Assembly (NCBI GenBank): GCA_017654855.1
Contig: CM030334.1
Coordinates: 1,612,001 to 1,676,000, forward strand
DNA from: Podospora anserina
Lineage: Eukaryota
Direction: 5' to 3'
Length of the DNA: 64,000 nt
A program made the position numbers and the translations under genes. The notes beneath the pieces were generated by a model. That model saw only the letters and a list, made by a program, of their open reading frames with translations. It searched no databases and was not told the origin of the DNA. Of the stretch, positions 13,801 through 24,500 are shown piece after piece (the first letter of the stretch is position 1; each line of letters begins with the position of its first letter).

Positions 13801-14117
13801 TCGTTCGCTGTCTTTCTCCTCTTTGGCGGCGGCACCATAATGCGCTCCTGGACATTGTGAAGGCGCTCGATACTCTGTTGAGCACCCAACCCGTTCTTGA
13901 AGATGGGCATGGTACGATTACTAGCCAACCCGGTCGGGGCGCTCAGCTCCATGGGCGTTTGATCGGGACCGGTGAACTCAAAAGTGAGCTGCTCGGATGG
14001 TTGCGAAGGGCCTGGCGTGGATGACGAGGCGCCTTCACCAGGCTGGGGTGTAGCAGACGATCCGGCTGCAGCCTTGGGGTTGAGCAAGTCGGCCGGGTTC
14101 CACGACGTGGAAGACAT
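10839..14117 (-). CDS. SNF2-family ATPase with inserted RING finger (Rad5/16, HLTF/SMARCA3-like)
   Basis: GGILADMMGLGKT, IVLDEAH, TGTPVQN, RING (CIKC..CFHVYCPTC..CPTC), RLDG, GLNLT, QAVDRVHRLGQ. First ATG (MSSTSWNP) at 14117. Confidence 0.93.
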   Translation of the reverse strand: MSSTSWNPADLLNPKAAAGSSATPQPGEGASSSTPGPSQPSEQLTFEFTGPDQTPMELSAPTGLASNRTMPIFKNGLGAQQSIERLHNVQERIMVPPPKRRKTANENDPSLPANSIFFSPSSGILAQHIKDRSDGPSQSSVAPVPGATIDLTDDTDVEIIPRSPQQEEVCFGMVEGAFIKGHMIPAPKPNMISMGGPAFWPQVKILLKRTPGDPTTKIYAHDWQKRCIGLVDPKTASVLAPLMDMAGTFGTRTDCRIPVRRKNPGEEVGQQVSTQFKLELMIYGLRSFADRVGKLLQRKNINLLSPPRVESGVKVFNPLAKENRPQLPSLARVNNVVQYQAPPMIKSVEEIRSEVLGVFDSLPKSDELPELDPPPSVLTPLLKHQKQALFFMSSRESEQLPDADSKAPVTSTWKRRTNQFGTTVYYNVVTNQEVMEPPPSTLGGILADMMGLGKTLSILSLLAKTLDEAQAWSQREPLQPVVQNQRPQKSHEAPRAQVLPLSQIRRNVKATLLVCPLSTITNWEEQIKQHIEPGKLNYYIYHGANRIKDSAQLARYDLVITTYGSVTSELNARLKKKPGLYPLEEIAWFRIVLDEAHTIREQNTLSFKSICRLQANRRWAVTGTPVQNKLEDLASLLAFLRLKPFDDRSKFIQYIIAPFKAADPDIVPKLRVLIDTITIRRLKDKIELPERTDEVIRLEFSSEERKVYDLFKKMAEERVQVLTGQGTGQTRIMGGKTMIHVLRSILQLRLICAHGKDLLNDDDFQEIQGLSADAPIDLDSEDDDGKPALTEKKAYEMYYLMQEGSSDFCIKCNNKLGAIEVDDPEFDQNNDVLGYMAQCFHVYCPTCIRFVHQHGNGDMHQGCPTCAFAQKAHCVELRRSKADVEHETRQTKTRAGKIIPDDRYTGPHTKTRALVEELLANKARSEANPDEPPYKSVVFSGWTSHLDLIEIALDDAGITHSRLDGKMTRNARNQAMEAFRDDPNVQVILVSIMAGGMGLNLTAGNSVFVMEPQFNPAAEAQAVDRVHRLGQKRPVRTVRYIMSGSFEEKMIALQEKKKQLASLSMDRAEAEGVRSQGDAARQRLQDLRSLFK

Positions 14118-15320
14118 GTTGCCCGACTGTGCTTGGCTGGCTGTTTGTTCCTTATTTTGTTTTATTTTTGTAGTCAAATTTCAGTGGTATGTATCTGTGA
14201 TAGATGTTAGAGTAAGAATAACTAGCTTTGCTTTGAGGACCGCTGAAGAAGATGAAAGAAGCTGGAGGACAGGATAGGCAAGTGAAGTCGGTGTGAGAAA
14301 GTGAATATGGGATGATGAGAAGGAGTTGACCAGTCACATGCCGGGATGGGGGGGGGGGGCCGTACCGTACCGTTGAAATGAAGCTACCAACAACGCCCAC
14401 ACTCAACCAGAGCACCGGGTCTTTCTTTTCTGTCGAAAAAAATCGGTTGTCCAGCCCTAGGCAACCAACTCGGGCGAATGATGAGATGTAAGATGCACCG
14501 ACATCACAAGCAGTCCGATGAGGACCGATGTTGTGTTGCTGTTAAGGGTTGCTGGAGGGGAATGAGCTGCCGTGGTAGTGACTGGGAGCCTTGCTGTGGT
14601 GGGGCTTGCTGCATACGCAGTACCTAATACTGGGCTACCCGCCGCAGAATGGATCAAGCGATGGTCTCCGTAGTGGGGGTTGCTTGGATGGGTAGGTATG
14701 GAAGAGGGAGGGCAACGGGAGATGAAGGAGAGAGGTTGTCAAAGGAAGGAAGACGGTGAGTGTGGAGGATCCTCGGTGAGGGCAGAGTTGGGAGAGTAGA
14801 GTAGAGTGAGCACTGCAAATAACCTGGCAGGATATTGTGGGAGCTGGGAATCTATTGTTGACGTTGGCTGGGTTGGTCGCTCACTTTTTGAGAGCCGAGA
14901 GGCTTTATCGCAATCGGCTGGGAGCGATAGGCGCGTGACCCTCGAGGATTGCAGCGGTTGGTGTGGCACGTGCCGCTGCGCAGACCGTGCCTTGCTTAGT
15001 CCACCACAGCGACCGTGATGCATCAGACGCTGGGGCAAAGCCTCTTGTTGCGGTGTGGTTATGTTATTATCTCGTACCAAGTTCAAATCGGCGTCAGGGG
15101 CGGCAAATGTCATCAAGGGCCATCAAGGGACATGCAAGATGGGATATTTGCGATCGGCCAAGACACCAGTCAGAGACAGTCCTCGGGATTTCTTCGCTGT
15201 CTACCAATCCCAACTGCAGCCTCAGAACGGCACTAGAAGGCCCTTGATGCATCATCAACCACTTCTGTAACCTCTGTTTGCACAGTGACGGGACGCCAGG
15301 AGCGATCTCGCCCCCATGGC

Positions 15321-16037
15321 TCCACAACTTACAATGGGCAACATTGAGTATGAGATGGGATAAAGATGTTTTGATTACCTATTGAGGGCCTTCTTGAAAC
15401 AGTAAGTGAACAACCTGGAACATGACAATGATCGATACCGGTCAAGGAGACCAGATGCCATCCCAAAAGCCCCCTAGACAATGAGCAGCTACTATCTCCA
15501 AATCTCATCCGATATACTCACCGGTCGAACAGCCTGGAACCAATATCTTGATGAGCACCATCAACAACTTACGATGGGAAGACGGATGGCATATTCACCC
15601 AGATAAGATGAGATATCTCTCAAGAAAGCACTTGAAGGCAGTAACCATCAACAAACTCGTCCGATTTTTCTCACCGGTGGAACAGCCTGGAACATCACAG
15701 AGAATTAATGCAGTTGCCCGCCGGCCCAGAGCAACAACATACGATATCAAATGTAGGGGCGACATCAGATAAGCCGCTTTTATGGTAGAGGAGGCAGTTA
15801 CCGTCTGCGATATTTATCTGATGTGTTCAGCGGTGGAACGATTTGAAAAACTATGGCCATTATCAATATCTCACTTGATACCCTCACCGGTCCAGAGCAA
15901 CAACACACGATAGGCAACAGCATGGTGTATCTACTGAGATGAGATGACTATAAGATAATAAAAAATCTGAAAGAAAAGGCTGGCACTATCCTAAATCTTA
16001 TCCGATACCTATCCCAACCGTTAGAAAAACCTGGAAC
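15321..16037. repeat. Degenerate non-coding tandem repeat, 4 or more copies of a ~55-bp core at ~150-185 bp spacing
   Basis: Core gcag..c(t/c)atc..aa..tc.tccgat....tcaccggt.gaacagcctggaac at ~15485, 15638, 15794, 15978; second motif ccgg(c/t)ccagagcaacaaca(t/c)acgata at ~15721 and ~15887. Confidence 0.7.
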
Positions 16038-16272
16038 ACACCACAGGCAAACACTTGCTTCACATTTAATCACACGAGATGAGAATCATTCAACACGCCG
16101 AAAGGCCCCTTGACGAAAGGTGATCACTGACCCTGGCTATCAAACCCATGATGTCAACTTATTCCCAACACAACAACCAGCTCCAAATCCCACATTGCAT
16201 ATAACCCCCCTTAATAAAAGAAGAACCCAGCCCCCCCTCACCGTGTATGCTCCCTCCCCCGACTCCTAGTCC

Positions 16273-16815
16273 TCATCCTCCTCCTCCCCTCCTCCCCCAT
16301 CGGCGACCCCGACCTCGACGGACTTTCTGTGCGTTCCTAATCAGCACCCATCCCACTTGGTATCGCCATTGTAGGTACATACGACTTCTCTCATGCCTCT
16401 TCCTCCCTGTCCCTCCCCTCCTCTCCTCCCTCGGCCAAGCTCTATTCAGAACACTGCTCGAGCGGTATCTACACCTTCCGCGGAGCGAATCAGGCGTGTT
16501 GGTCCTTTTGGAAGCTTGATCGTCGCTGGGTGTGGGTTCCTCGCAGTAACGCATCCGTTTCCTCCCTCGCTCTTCATCCAAGTCTGTCACGTCCACGTGT
16601 CCGAGGTTGACTTGGTAAGTGAGACCGATTCCGTTGAGGTCCGGGGAGGGGCAGGGGGTTGGTGGGTAAGGTTTCGAAATGTCAAGGGGGATGGTGGTGG
16701 TGGTGGTGGTTGTTGTTGTTGTTGTCATGGTTGATTTTTGGGAACGGGAAGTGGTAGTGGTGGTGGCGACGGTCTTGTCCCCGAAAAGGGGGAGGGTGGA
16801 GAGTTGGGTTGTCAT
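16273..16815 (-). CDS. Hypothetical basic protein (180 aa; poly-Thr N-terminus, RGRKR/RGR motifs)
   Basis: ATG-initiated ORF with the same C-rich-start / G-rich-end coding-strand composition as real genes in this window; no recognisable domain. Confidence 0.45.
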   Translation of the reverse strand: MTTQLSTLPLFGDKTVATTTTTSRSQKSTMTTTTTTTTTTTIPLDISKPYPPTPCPSPDLNGIGLTYQVNLGHVDVTDLDEERGRKRMRYCEEPTPSDDQASKRTNTPDSLRGRCRYRSSSVLNRAWPREERRGGTGRKRHERSRMYLQWRYQVGWVLIRNAQKVRRGRGRRWGRRGGGG

Positions 16816-17642
16816 GGTAGTTGTGGTAGGCGTAGTATTAGCTGGGGTATTGGGGTCAAAGTAGGTGGTGGTTCAACATGCAGGGCATGTATCGAGTAGT
16901 AGCTGCAAGAGGCTCTAAGCTGGGCTGCCAGCACTTAAGTGAGGTAGGTAAAATAAAAGAGATATGCCGGAACCGAGAGAAGGGGAATAAGGGATCTGTT
17001 CAGTTGATTTATGTCCAAAATGAGGAGATTCATGATCCTGGAAGCCACGCTCCTAGACCCGGTGTGTACACTTAAGTGGTGTGTGTGGTTGCCTGACTCG
17101 AAGAGGGCCCTGCGAAGCACCACCACATGGGAAAATGGTTGCAAACAAACGTCCCATAGCACCGGTAGCTAATAATCTTTTCCCCCGCACATACGGAAAG
17201 ACAGCCCTCGCAGCCGAGAAGGACTTCCGGTCCAGAGGCCATCAGAGTGAGATGGTTGTTCAGACGAATACATTCAAGGCGTGCTGAACCAAAGCGCGTA
17301 AACCAGGACATGCCACCCCATCGAACTTGCACGGCCAAAGCGGACAAGACAAACAGAACTAGTGACGAATATGCGCCGTCATGGCGGGCAATCGGTGAGG
17401 GTTGGTCCTTGCGGGATAGCTTTGCTCAGTTTCCCCAAGGACCACCCCGAAACATAGCCCAACGTCTCAACTATTCGTGAAAACGAGGGGGGGAAAGATC
17501 TTCAAAATATCGTACAATTCTAGCTTTGTCGACCACTGCTCAATGTGTCGCTGCCAATCTTCATACTATACACGTGAAACAATCGAGCATCGGAAACGCT
17601 GGTATCATCGCCGAATTGACCTAATGTGGCGTTCCCTTGCCA

Positions 17643-18269
17643 CTATGACGACTCAGCCAGCTTCTGCGAGATCTCACCAATCATCTGGGTAATTTCCTTC
17701 TTCTCGACAGCAACAGCCGCATCCTTGAGCTCCTTACCCATCACCCTTGCCGTGACAGCACCTCTCAGGGCCTTCACATCGGTAGTACCCGCCGCAATGA
17801 GTTCCTGAGCCACCTTGGTGATAAGCTGCTCGATTTCCTCCTTGCCGACTTCCTTGACGCTGCTCTGGGCGGTGTACTCCTCAATGATATTTTGCTGGAT
17901 CTCCTCCTTCTCAATCAAGTCTTCTCTCCCCGCAGCCTTGAACTCAGCGACAGCATCCTGGGACTTGCGGGCCATCTTGCGGAGGAGATCGACGAGCTGG
18001 ACGTCGGTCTTGATGGGCTTGTCGGTCTTGCTGGCGTTCAAGGTGGCAGCCATGACAGCACGCAAAACAGTTAGGCGGTTGATGTCCTTGGCTCTCATGG
18101 CTCCCTTGAGATCCTCTCTAATTTTGGCGTAGAGTGGTGATGGAGGCGCCTCGGTGGAATATGAGGCGCGCAAGCTGGCGGAGCTGGGCCATGTTGGTGA
18201 TTGCCTGAGGCTCGGGCTGGGCCGGCAGACGGCGCTGCGAAGCAGGGAGGAAGGGAGTCTGGCGGCCAT
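17643..18269 (-). CDS. AIM41: Mitochondrial GatB/YqeY-domain protein (Aim41)
   Basis: Arg/Ser-rich presequence MAARLPSSLLRSAVCR, then YqeY signatures IREDLKGAMRAKD and FKAAGREDLIEKEE. Confidence 0.88.
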   Translation of the reverse strand: MAARLPSSLLRSAVCRPSPSLRQSPTWPSSASLRASYSTEAPPSPLYAKIREDLKGAMRAKDINRLTVLRAVMAATLNASKTDKPIKTDVQLVDLLRKMARKSQDAVAEFKAAGREDLIEKEEIQQNIIEEYTAQSSVKEVGKEEIEQLITKVAQELIAAGTTDVKALRGAVTARVMGKELKDAAVAVEKKEITQMIGEISQKLAESS

Positions 18270-19829
18270 TTTTGCTTGTTGTTGTCGTTGTCTTGAAGTG
18301 AAGATCTTGTGTTTTTTTTTTGGTTGTCGTTGCTGCTGCCACGGCGGATCGACCCGATCATGCACGCCAGCTGTTACGCTAGGCGATGCAGCCAATTGCT
18401 GCCCACATCCCCGCTGCAGGTGGATCTTGGTCCCCCAATGCGCTAGGACGTCACGCTGGAGATGGCTCAGATCAGCCATTGCCCTGGTGCCCTGATGGAC
18501 ATCGCTGATGAAGTGGCAGAATGTGTGAATGTGTTCTAGGAAATGGGCATATGGAACCATTCTACCCCTCGCTATCTTACATAACTAACGATAAGAAAGA
18601 GATTGCGATAGGTCTAGTTATGATTGGAGCCAAGCCATCGCGGAGGATCTCTGAGCACACCACGTGGCTGGCTTGAAGCATGCATTGTTTGCCTACCACC
18701 ATCTCCCGCTGTCGACTGTAATGCGATCTCGAGAGTGGCCATGAAGGTTATAACAAAAGAGCTACTCCATATGTCCCCAAGGGTCAGCTCAAGACTGTCG
18801 TCGCAAGAGACGACAGGGCAATCACCTGATCTACGGCCCCCAAGCCACCAGGCCCACTGCCGGGGTCGGGGCGTGCCGTTGACTTCCCCGGATGCTTGAT
18901 CCCATCCATGTCACAGAGGCGGGGCCTTGGCTATCTTTTTGGGCTGGCGGCCCGGGGAGCGGGAAGTGGGAGTCGGAGTGCGGTGATGTTTGTGGAGGGT
19001 AACTGATGGGTCGTGGCCCCGGGTAGGTGGGAGCTGGCAACTGCCGAGTAAGCGGTGAATTCTAGACAGGATATGCGCGGCCGTTGGCCATCAAACCGTG
19101 TGATACTCGACTTGACAATGAATGGTACTGTGATGAGTGGAAAGAACGGGTGATGAGGACCCAGTCGGGCGGAACCGAGATGGAGGGACGCCTTTTTCAG
19201 GTCCCCGCCGTTTGCTTGATGAGATGGATTAAATACTAATAAAGGTAGCCAATCCTCCGCTCTGTTAATTGTACCTCAACAAACTATTCATCCCAATTCT
19301 ATCTTCCCTGGGCGCTTGTTTGTTTCCTGTTGTTGCCCGGCACCTCAATTGGTTTGGAACCCCTCCACCTATGTCTGCCGTCCCATCCATACATATCCCA
19401 TCTAACCCTCCGATGAAAATCCTTCCCCCCTGCCCGTCTACCGACCTTATACAACGAATCAGTTGCTCCTTCTCTCAGATTCGCTGGCTGGCAATTGTCG
19501 GGCGGTGATGATGCTCTTTCCCAAAGCAACAAGGCCAAAGGCCTAGACCGGGAGAGACCGGTTTGCCTAGACCTGAACACAGCAAGAACCGCGAAGATTC
19601 CTTCCTCTCCTCATGTTCCCTCTCCCCGGGCCCGTCCCTTCCTTTTCCAAATGCAAATGCAACCAATATGCGATGACCATTATCATTCGTGGTTCAGACG
19701 CCCCTGCCAGCTGGCAGGTATGTAAGGGGCCCTCCGAGACTGCCGTATGTGGCATTACCGCCATTTCACAACCAACAGCTTGGAACCTGGATGGAAACCT
19801 GGAATTCCTTCTTGATTTCTCCGTCTGTC

Positions 19830-21534
19830 TCAATGTCGCGCTCGTTTTCTCGAATCACTCTGTCTCCCGCCTTTGGACGACGACGGCGTGTGTGATCGGG
19901 GAATCTCGCTGTGCCGATGACTCCTACTGCTCCCTGGTTTTCGACCAATGCAGACATAGCTGCAAACATTATCATGTCAGTTATGCTCAACTCGTTACTC
20001 CCTTACACCCGGCTTATTTTGACGAGACAGTAACTTACACCGGAAAATAGGCCTGTGAACCAGAGTCAGTACACTCACTTGAGAACCTCGACGCCATCGA
20101 CATACCTTGAACGCCGGGTTATCAGCCTCCGCCCGGGCCTGTGCTACAAGCAGCTGTATGTCGGTGTTTGACATGCTTGTTATCTTCCGGTCAGCAGGCT
20201 GTCTTCCGCAACGGTCTAGACCTGTTCTTACCCGAGACCCTGGGAGAACGGGTACATGGCAAGAGACGATAGCAGCCGATGGGCATTTGCTCTGTTCGCA
20301 ACCCCTATGTCACGATCTCTTGGATCTGTTCATGCATGCGTCAGCTCTGGCTTTGGGCCACAGTTGCCCGATGGCTACCAGGTACATACCGTTGGACCAC
20401 CCGCTCAGGGGAAGGGTTATCAATCGCGATTCGACTTCAACAAATCCCGCTTGTGTCATCAGAGTCTGCAATCTCAACGCTACCCTCGGATCTTTGTAGT
20501 GTTGTATGCTTTGCAAGTAGCTCTGGGACCACACTTGCAACGCATGATCTGGACCAACTTGTCAGCACCAGGCCTCGGGAACACACAAGAAATCGAAAAA
20601 GGGCACTGACTGGCTGTCAAGGTCCCGTTGTCGGACTGGGCGTTGTAGTAAATTTCGACCATTTGCTATTGTTCGGTTAACACCCATCCGCTGCCTTCGG
20701 CCTCTTGATCGACATACACACCAACCACCAGGGCGGAGCACCCGGTAGATGTCGCTCAAATAGTTTGTCCACCTGTCTACGTGGATGCCTCCCGACATCA
20801 ACCTGCTATTTACCAGATCGAAATGGTTGGAGGGAAAGGTCGACCTGGTCTCATCGTTAACTTCGAATTTGGGGTGGGCTTGGGTTTGGGGGTGCTCTCA
20901 CGGACTGTTTAAGTCATCCACCTGGAAGTCTACGTTGTCGGGGATGTCCTCTGGAACCGGGTAGGGGTAGATGTCGAGTCCGATGACCTGTTGGCCAAAG
21001 TCAGTCTGGAGTCTTGCCATGGATTCTCCTGCAGGTGCCGAAGCTGTCGTCTGTCACCGTTGACAAGTTCTCGCCCGAGACCCCGGATGGATAGGCTACA
21101 CCTGACACAAAACATGCCATACGCACCTCGCATTCGGGATACTGCTCTGCCACTTCTATCGCCCATGCCCCGGATCCGGATCCACACTCCAAGATTCTCC
21201 GAGGCCGCGGCACGGGAGGAAATATTAATCGGTTTTCGAACACCATGTTGAACAGCTCGTGTTGGTAGTGAAGCCGCTCGATCTCGTCCTGTTCCAGCGC
21301 GGAGCACAGTCAGCCCAGAAGCCAGAGTGGCCCGTCAAGTCCCTGCTCACATCGTCCACGGGGGCGAAATAGATGCTGTTTTCGACGGCATATCTCTGAA
21401 AGTCTCTGCCGTTGAGAGTGATGACCTCGCGATAGGTGTTGTCGACCGGGACCGTTTGGAGATCGCTACACGGTGTTTAGCACATCTTGGCCTGGCAACC
21501 TAGTGGGAGCGAGTACCCTCTACCTTTCGTCCAT
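19830..21534 (-). CDS. SAM-dependent methyltransferase, LaeA/UMTA-like family; about 10 introns
   Basis: Exons assemble to MDESDLQ..NGRDFQRYAVENSIYFAPVDD-DEIERLHYQH..ILECGSGSGAWAIEVA..FQVDDLN..FDLVNSR..RVLRPGGW..AGFVEV..PLSGW..YVCIGRKP..RKRARH*; each junction reads GT..AG. Confidence 0.88.
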
Positions 21535-24500
21535 GGTGTCGGTCTGATGGTTATGGTTTTTCCTGATGAGGCTTCTGCTACCTACCTTGAGAGAAAATTA
21601 TGGGGTACAGAAGGCAGCGACCACAAAAAGACAAGACTGGCAGAATTCACGTCATCAAGTATGGGGGCAAGAGGCAAGAGAAGATGGAGTCAGGTATTTC
21701 ACAGACTTCATGGCATTATGCAGTCCCGAGAGTGTGGGCGGAGATATTTCTCGAACCCTGGTCCCTCGGGACTCACTTCGAGAACGGTGTCGGACCATGT
21801 GCCTCTTGCTCTGCGGCACTCGCACACGTTTGAAATGAGCAAAGCTTGCCAGTGGACCCTCGAGGTGAACCAGGATACTCAGATTGGCCCGCCCGTCACT
21901 CTCTTGCACGCCACGATGGGTTTTGTCGATCAGGGTGCGTATCGTTGGCGCATTATACCCATGGAACACATACGGGAGGGATCCCCTTGACCCCTGCCTG
22001 CCTTGGAACCCTGGGGGCTTCCCAGAGAAGTGGGTGGGAAGCTGATTACCATAATGGGGACTGCGCGGCGGTCAAATTCAACTACACCTACGTTATGGAA
22101 CACTACACCGCTTTGGAGAGGCCAAAGACGGCGGCCAGCTTTTTGGCTGCGTGGACATATGAGGCTTCCTTGCCTATAGACGGGGGTGCAACTAGGACAG
22201 GCATCGCCAAAGAGCTGTGTATGGATGCTTGACGGCTCACGGTGTACAGGTCCGCCCCCGCATAACCCCAGGGGGAGCTCTCTGCTAATCGGGATAGGCC
22301 CTCATTCCGGCTACGACATACGTTACATGTCTTGTTCCTCAACTTGGACCTTGACTCCTATAGCCGCGGCCGAAGGGGGTCGGATATGACTTTGATTGGG
22401 AGATCAAGGATAAATCGACGTGTCTCCTCGTTCACGCGCCGCCTGCGAGGGTTGGCTTTGTCTTGGCTCGACGCAGTGTTCAGATACTCATGACTAGGCC
22501 AGCTCCTCAGCACTTGTGTTGTATCCTGGAATTGGAAATTTGGGCGTGCTGCGGGACTTGATGCCCCGGCAGCGGTGGCCGACCAAAAAGCGACCCGAAG
22601 GCTACAAACAGGGCCCCAGCTCAATGGGTGGTGTGAGTTTAACGCACCACCAGTCCTATAATATAATGCTGGCTCCATTTCAAGGGAGCTCGCATATGGA
22701 CCTACCATTCAGGGCTTGCAGGATCAAACAAGCACAGAAAACCGGGTCGTCGGGCAAGTTCTTACTGAACACTGAAAGCTGCACGATCAGTTCTCCTCGC
22801 ACCAAGAGGAGAATCCAGCGCATTGTGTTGTGGCTGTTCAAACATTGGTGGTGCTGGGTCTGACGTCAAGCGAGAACGCCGCCCGCTGTGAGCTGTGGTA
22901 CAAACACCACATTCAACACTGACCAAGGGGCTGGCAAGAATCCCAAGGACATGGTCCTGGGATCGCACAGAACGTCCCAAGCCCGCCATCGGCCCCGCCG
23001 GAAATGTGTCCGCCTGGGACGTGTTTGGGCCGGATGAGGACGGGTATCGAAGGGTTCTTACTTGTTGCTTTTGAGACCTTTCGACCGCCATTCCCATAAC
23101 GGCAACCATCGACGATCCGGAATGACTGCTCATTTCTCCCACATGAGGACCTCACACCCCGACTACCTCTCTGCAGGATACGTGGTCTGATAGGAACGTA
23201 TCAGGGAGGAAGTGCCCATCATACCACCAGCCCAAGTGCCGGGTCAAGTTCGAAACAAAACAAATTGGTACTTTCATCGGACGGAATCAGGAGGGGCAGG
23301 GACCTTGATGATGGGAGGGGAGGGGTGGGTAAGGTGGATGGAGGGTTGGACGGGACAGCTGTGACTGGGATAGCCCGGGGAACACGCGTGCTTGTCCCAG
23401 AGAAGCGAACCGGGCCGAAACGCTGGGGTCCCCAGGGTACGTACTCCTTGCCAAAATCCAGCGCTCTGGCACAGGGCGCCTGTTGGCTGTCTTCGCTGCC
23501 GAGCGGCATCCATCCGGTCGGTAAATTATTGCCCACTCGTCATCTGTGCGCAAACCAAACCAACGGGTCTGGGCTGGATCTGGACAGTCTCCTCGCCATG
23601 GGTACCCGACACTGGAGACGGGACGAACGGGCTGCTCGTCAGCTCGCGGCAGATTGTGCGGTACTGTCTCAGTGTTCCCAGCGGTGGGCCGATCTCTTGC
23701 GGCTAATGTTTGAGGGGGACGAGAAAATGGCACGATGGCTTCAACGGCTCGTTGAAGTAACAGCAGTGATTTTTGCCCGTTATTAGGCGACGTCGGTGCA
23801 GGACCAAAACAGGACCAACGGCGACCAACGGCGACCAGCAACATTGCTGCGTATCTTCCCCAACCCGCGAGAAGCACCCCCCTGTGACGCGCAGGAATCC
23901 CGCAGCATCGAAATGACAGCGTTGGCCTCTCCCATGGATGAGCTGGAGATTGGATGTAACCGAGGCTCTCCGGCCCTGGCTGTCATCTGCTGTCTGTCGG
24001 TGTCGTTTTCGGACATACGGCAAAAGGCACATGTAAAGACCCGGCTCAGTGCTCGCTCTCATCAAACTTTGGCTACGAATTCCCAGTCACCTTCATGTCG
24101 GCTCAAAGACCTGTTAGATGACTGGTCAAAATGAGGCGGTCTGCTTGCGGTCCTGGGTCGTGGGTAATCAATGACCGTGCAGACGCCACATTTGCTCCTA
24201 TCCCCAGCGCTGGGTCCGAGTTTCACAATTCATGATTCGCGGCTATCCCGGATACAACGACAGGACAGAGAGCAGAAAAGGCCGCAACAGAAGCAGAAGG
24301 ATAACCATCGTGGGTATGCCGTGGGGTTGCAATAAACACTAACCCCGAACAACTTTGTGCGGCATATCTGGGTCCGGTGTGCTTCTGGGAATCGCGGCAG
24401 GTGTCGAGCTGCACGTCAAAGACGAGATGACACACCCCTTCTATTATTCCCCGACCAAGCCAAACCTGGGTCGGTTGGAAGGGTTTGGGACAGGGGTCCA

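Noticed and set aside
15646-15663. catcaacaaactc(a/g)tccg also at 57687 and partly at 40941
   Set aside because: Matches of this length are expected by chance in 64 kb of A/C-rich sequence.
17643-18560. Longer track starts for AIM41 (likewise LSB6 at 32414, RRN5 at 40903, SNF2 at 14177)
   Set aside because: Extensions look like UTR sequence; downstream ATGs give better context or a proper targeting peptide.
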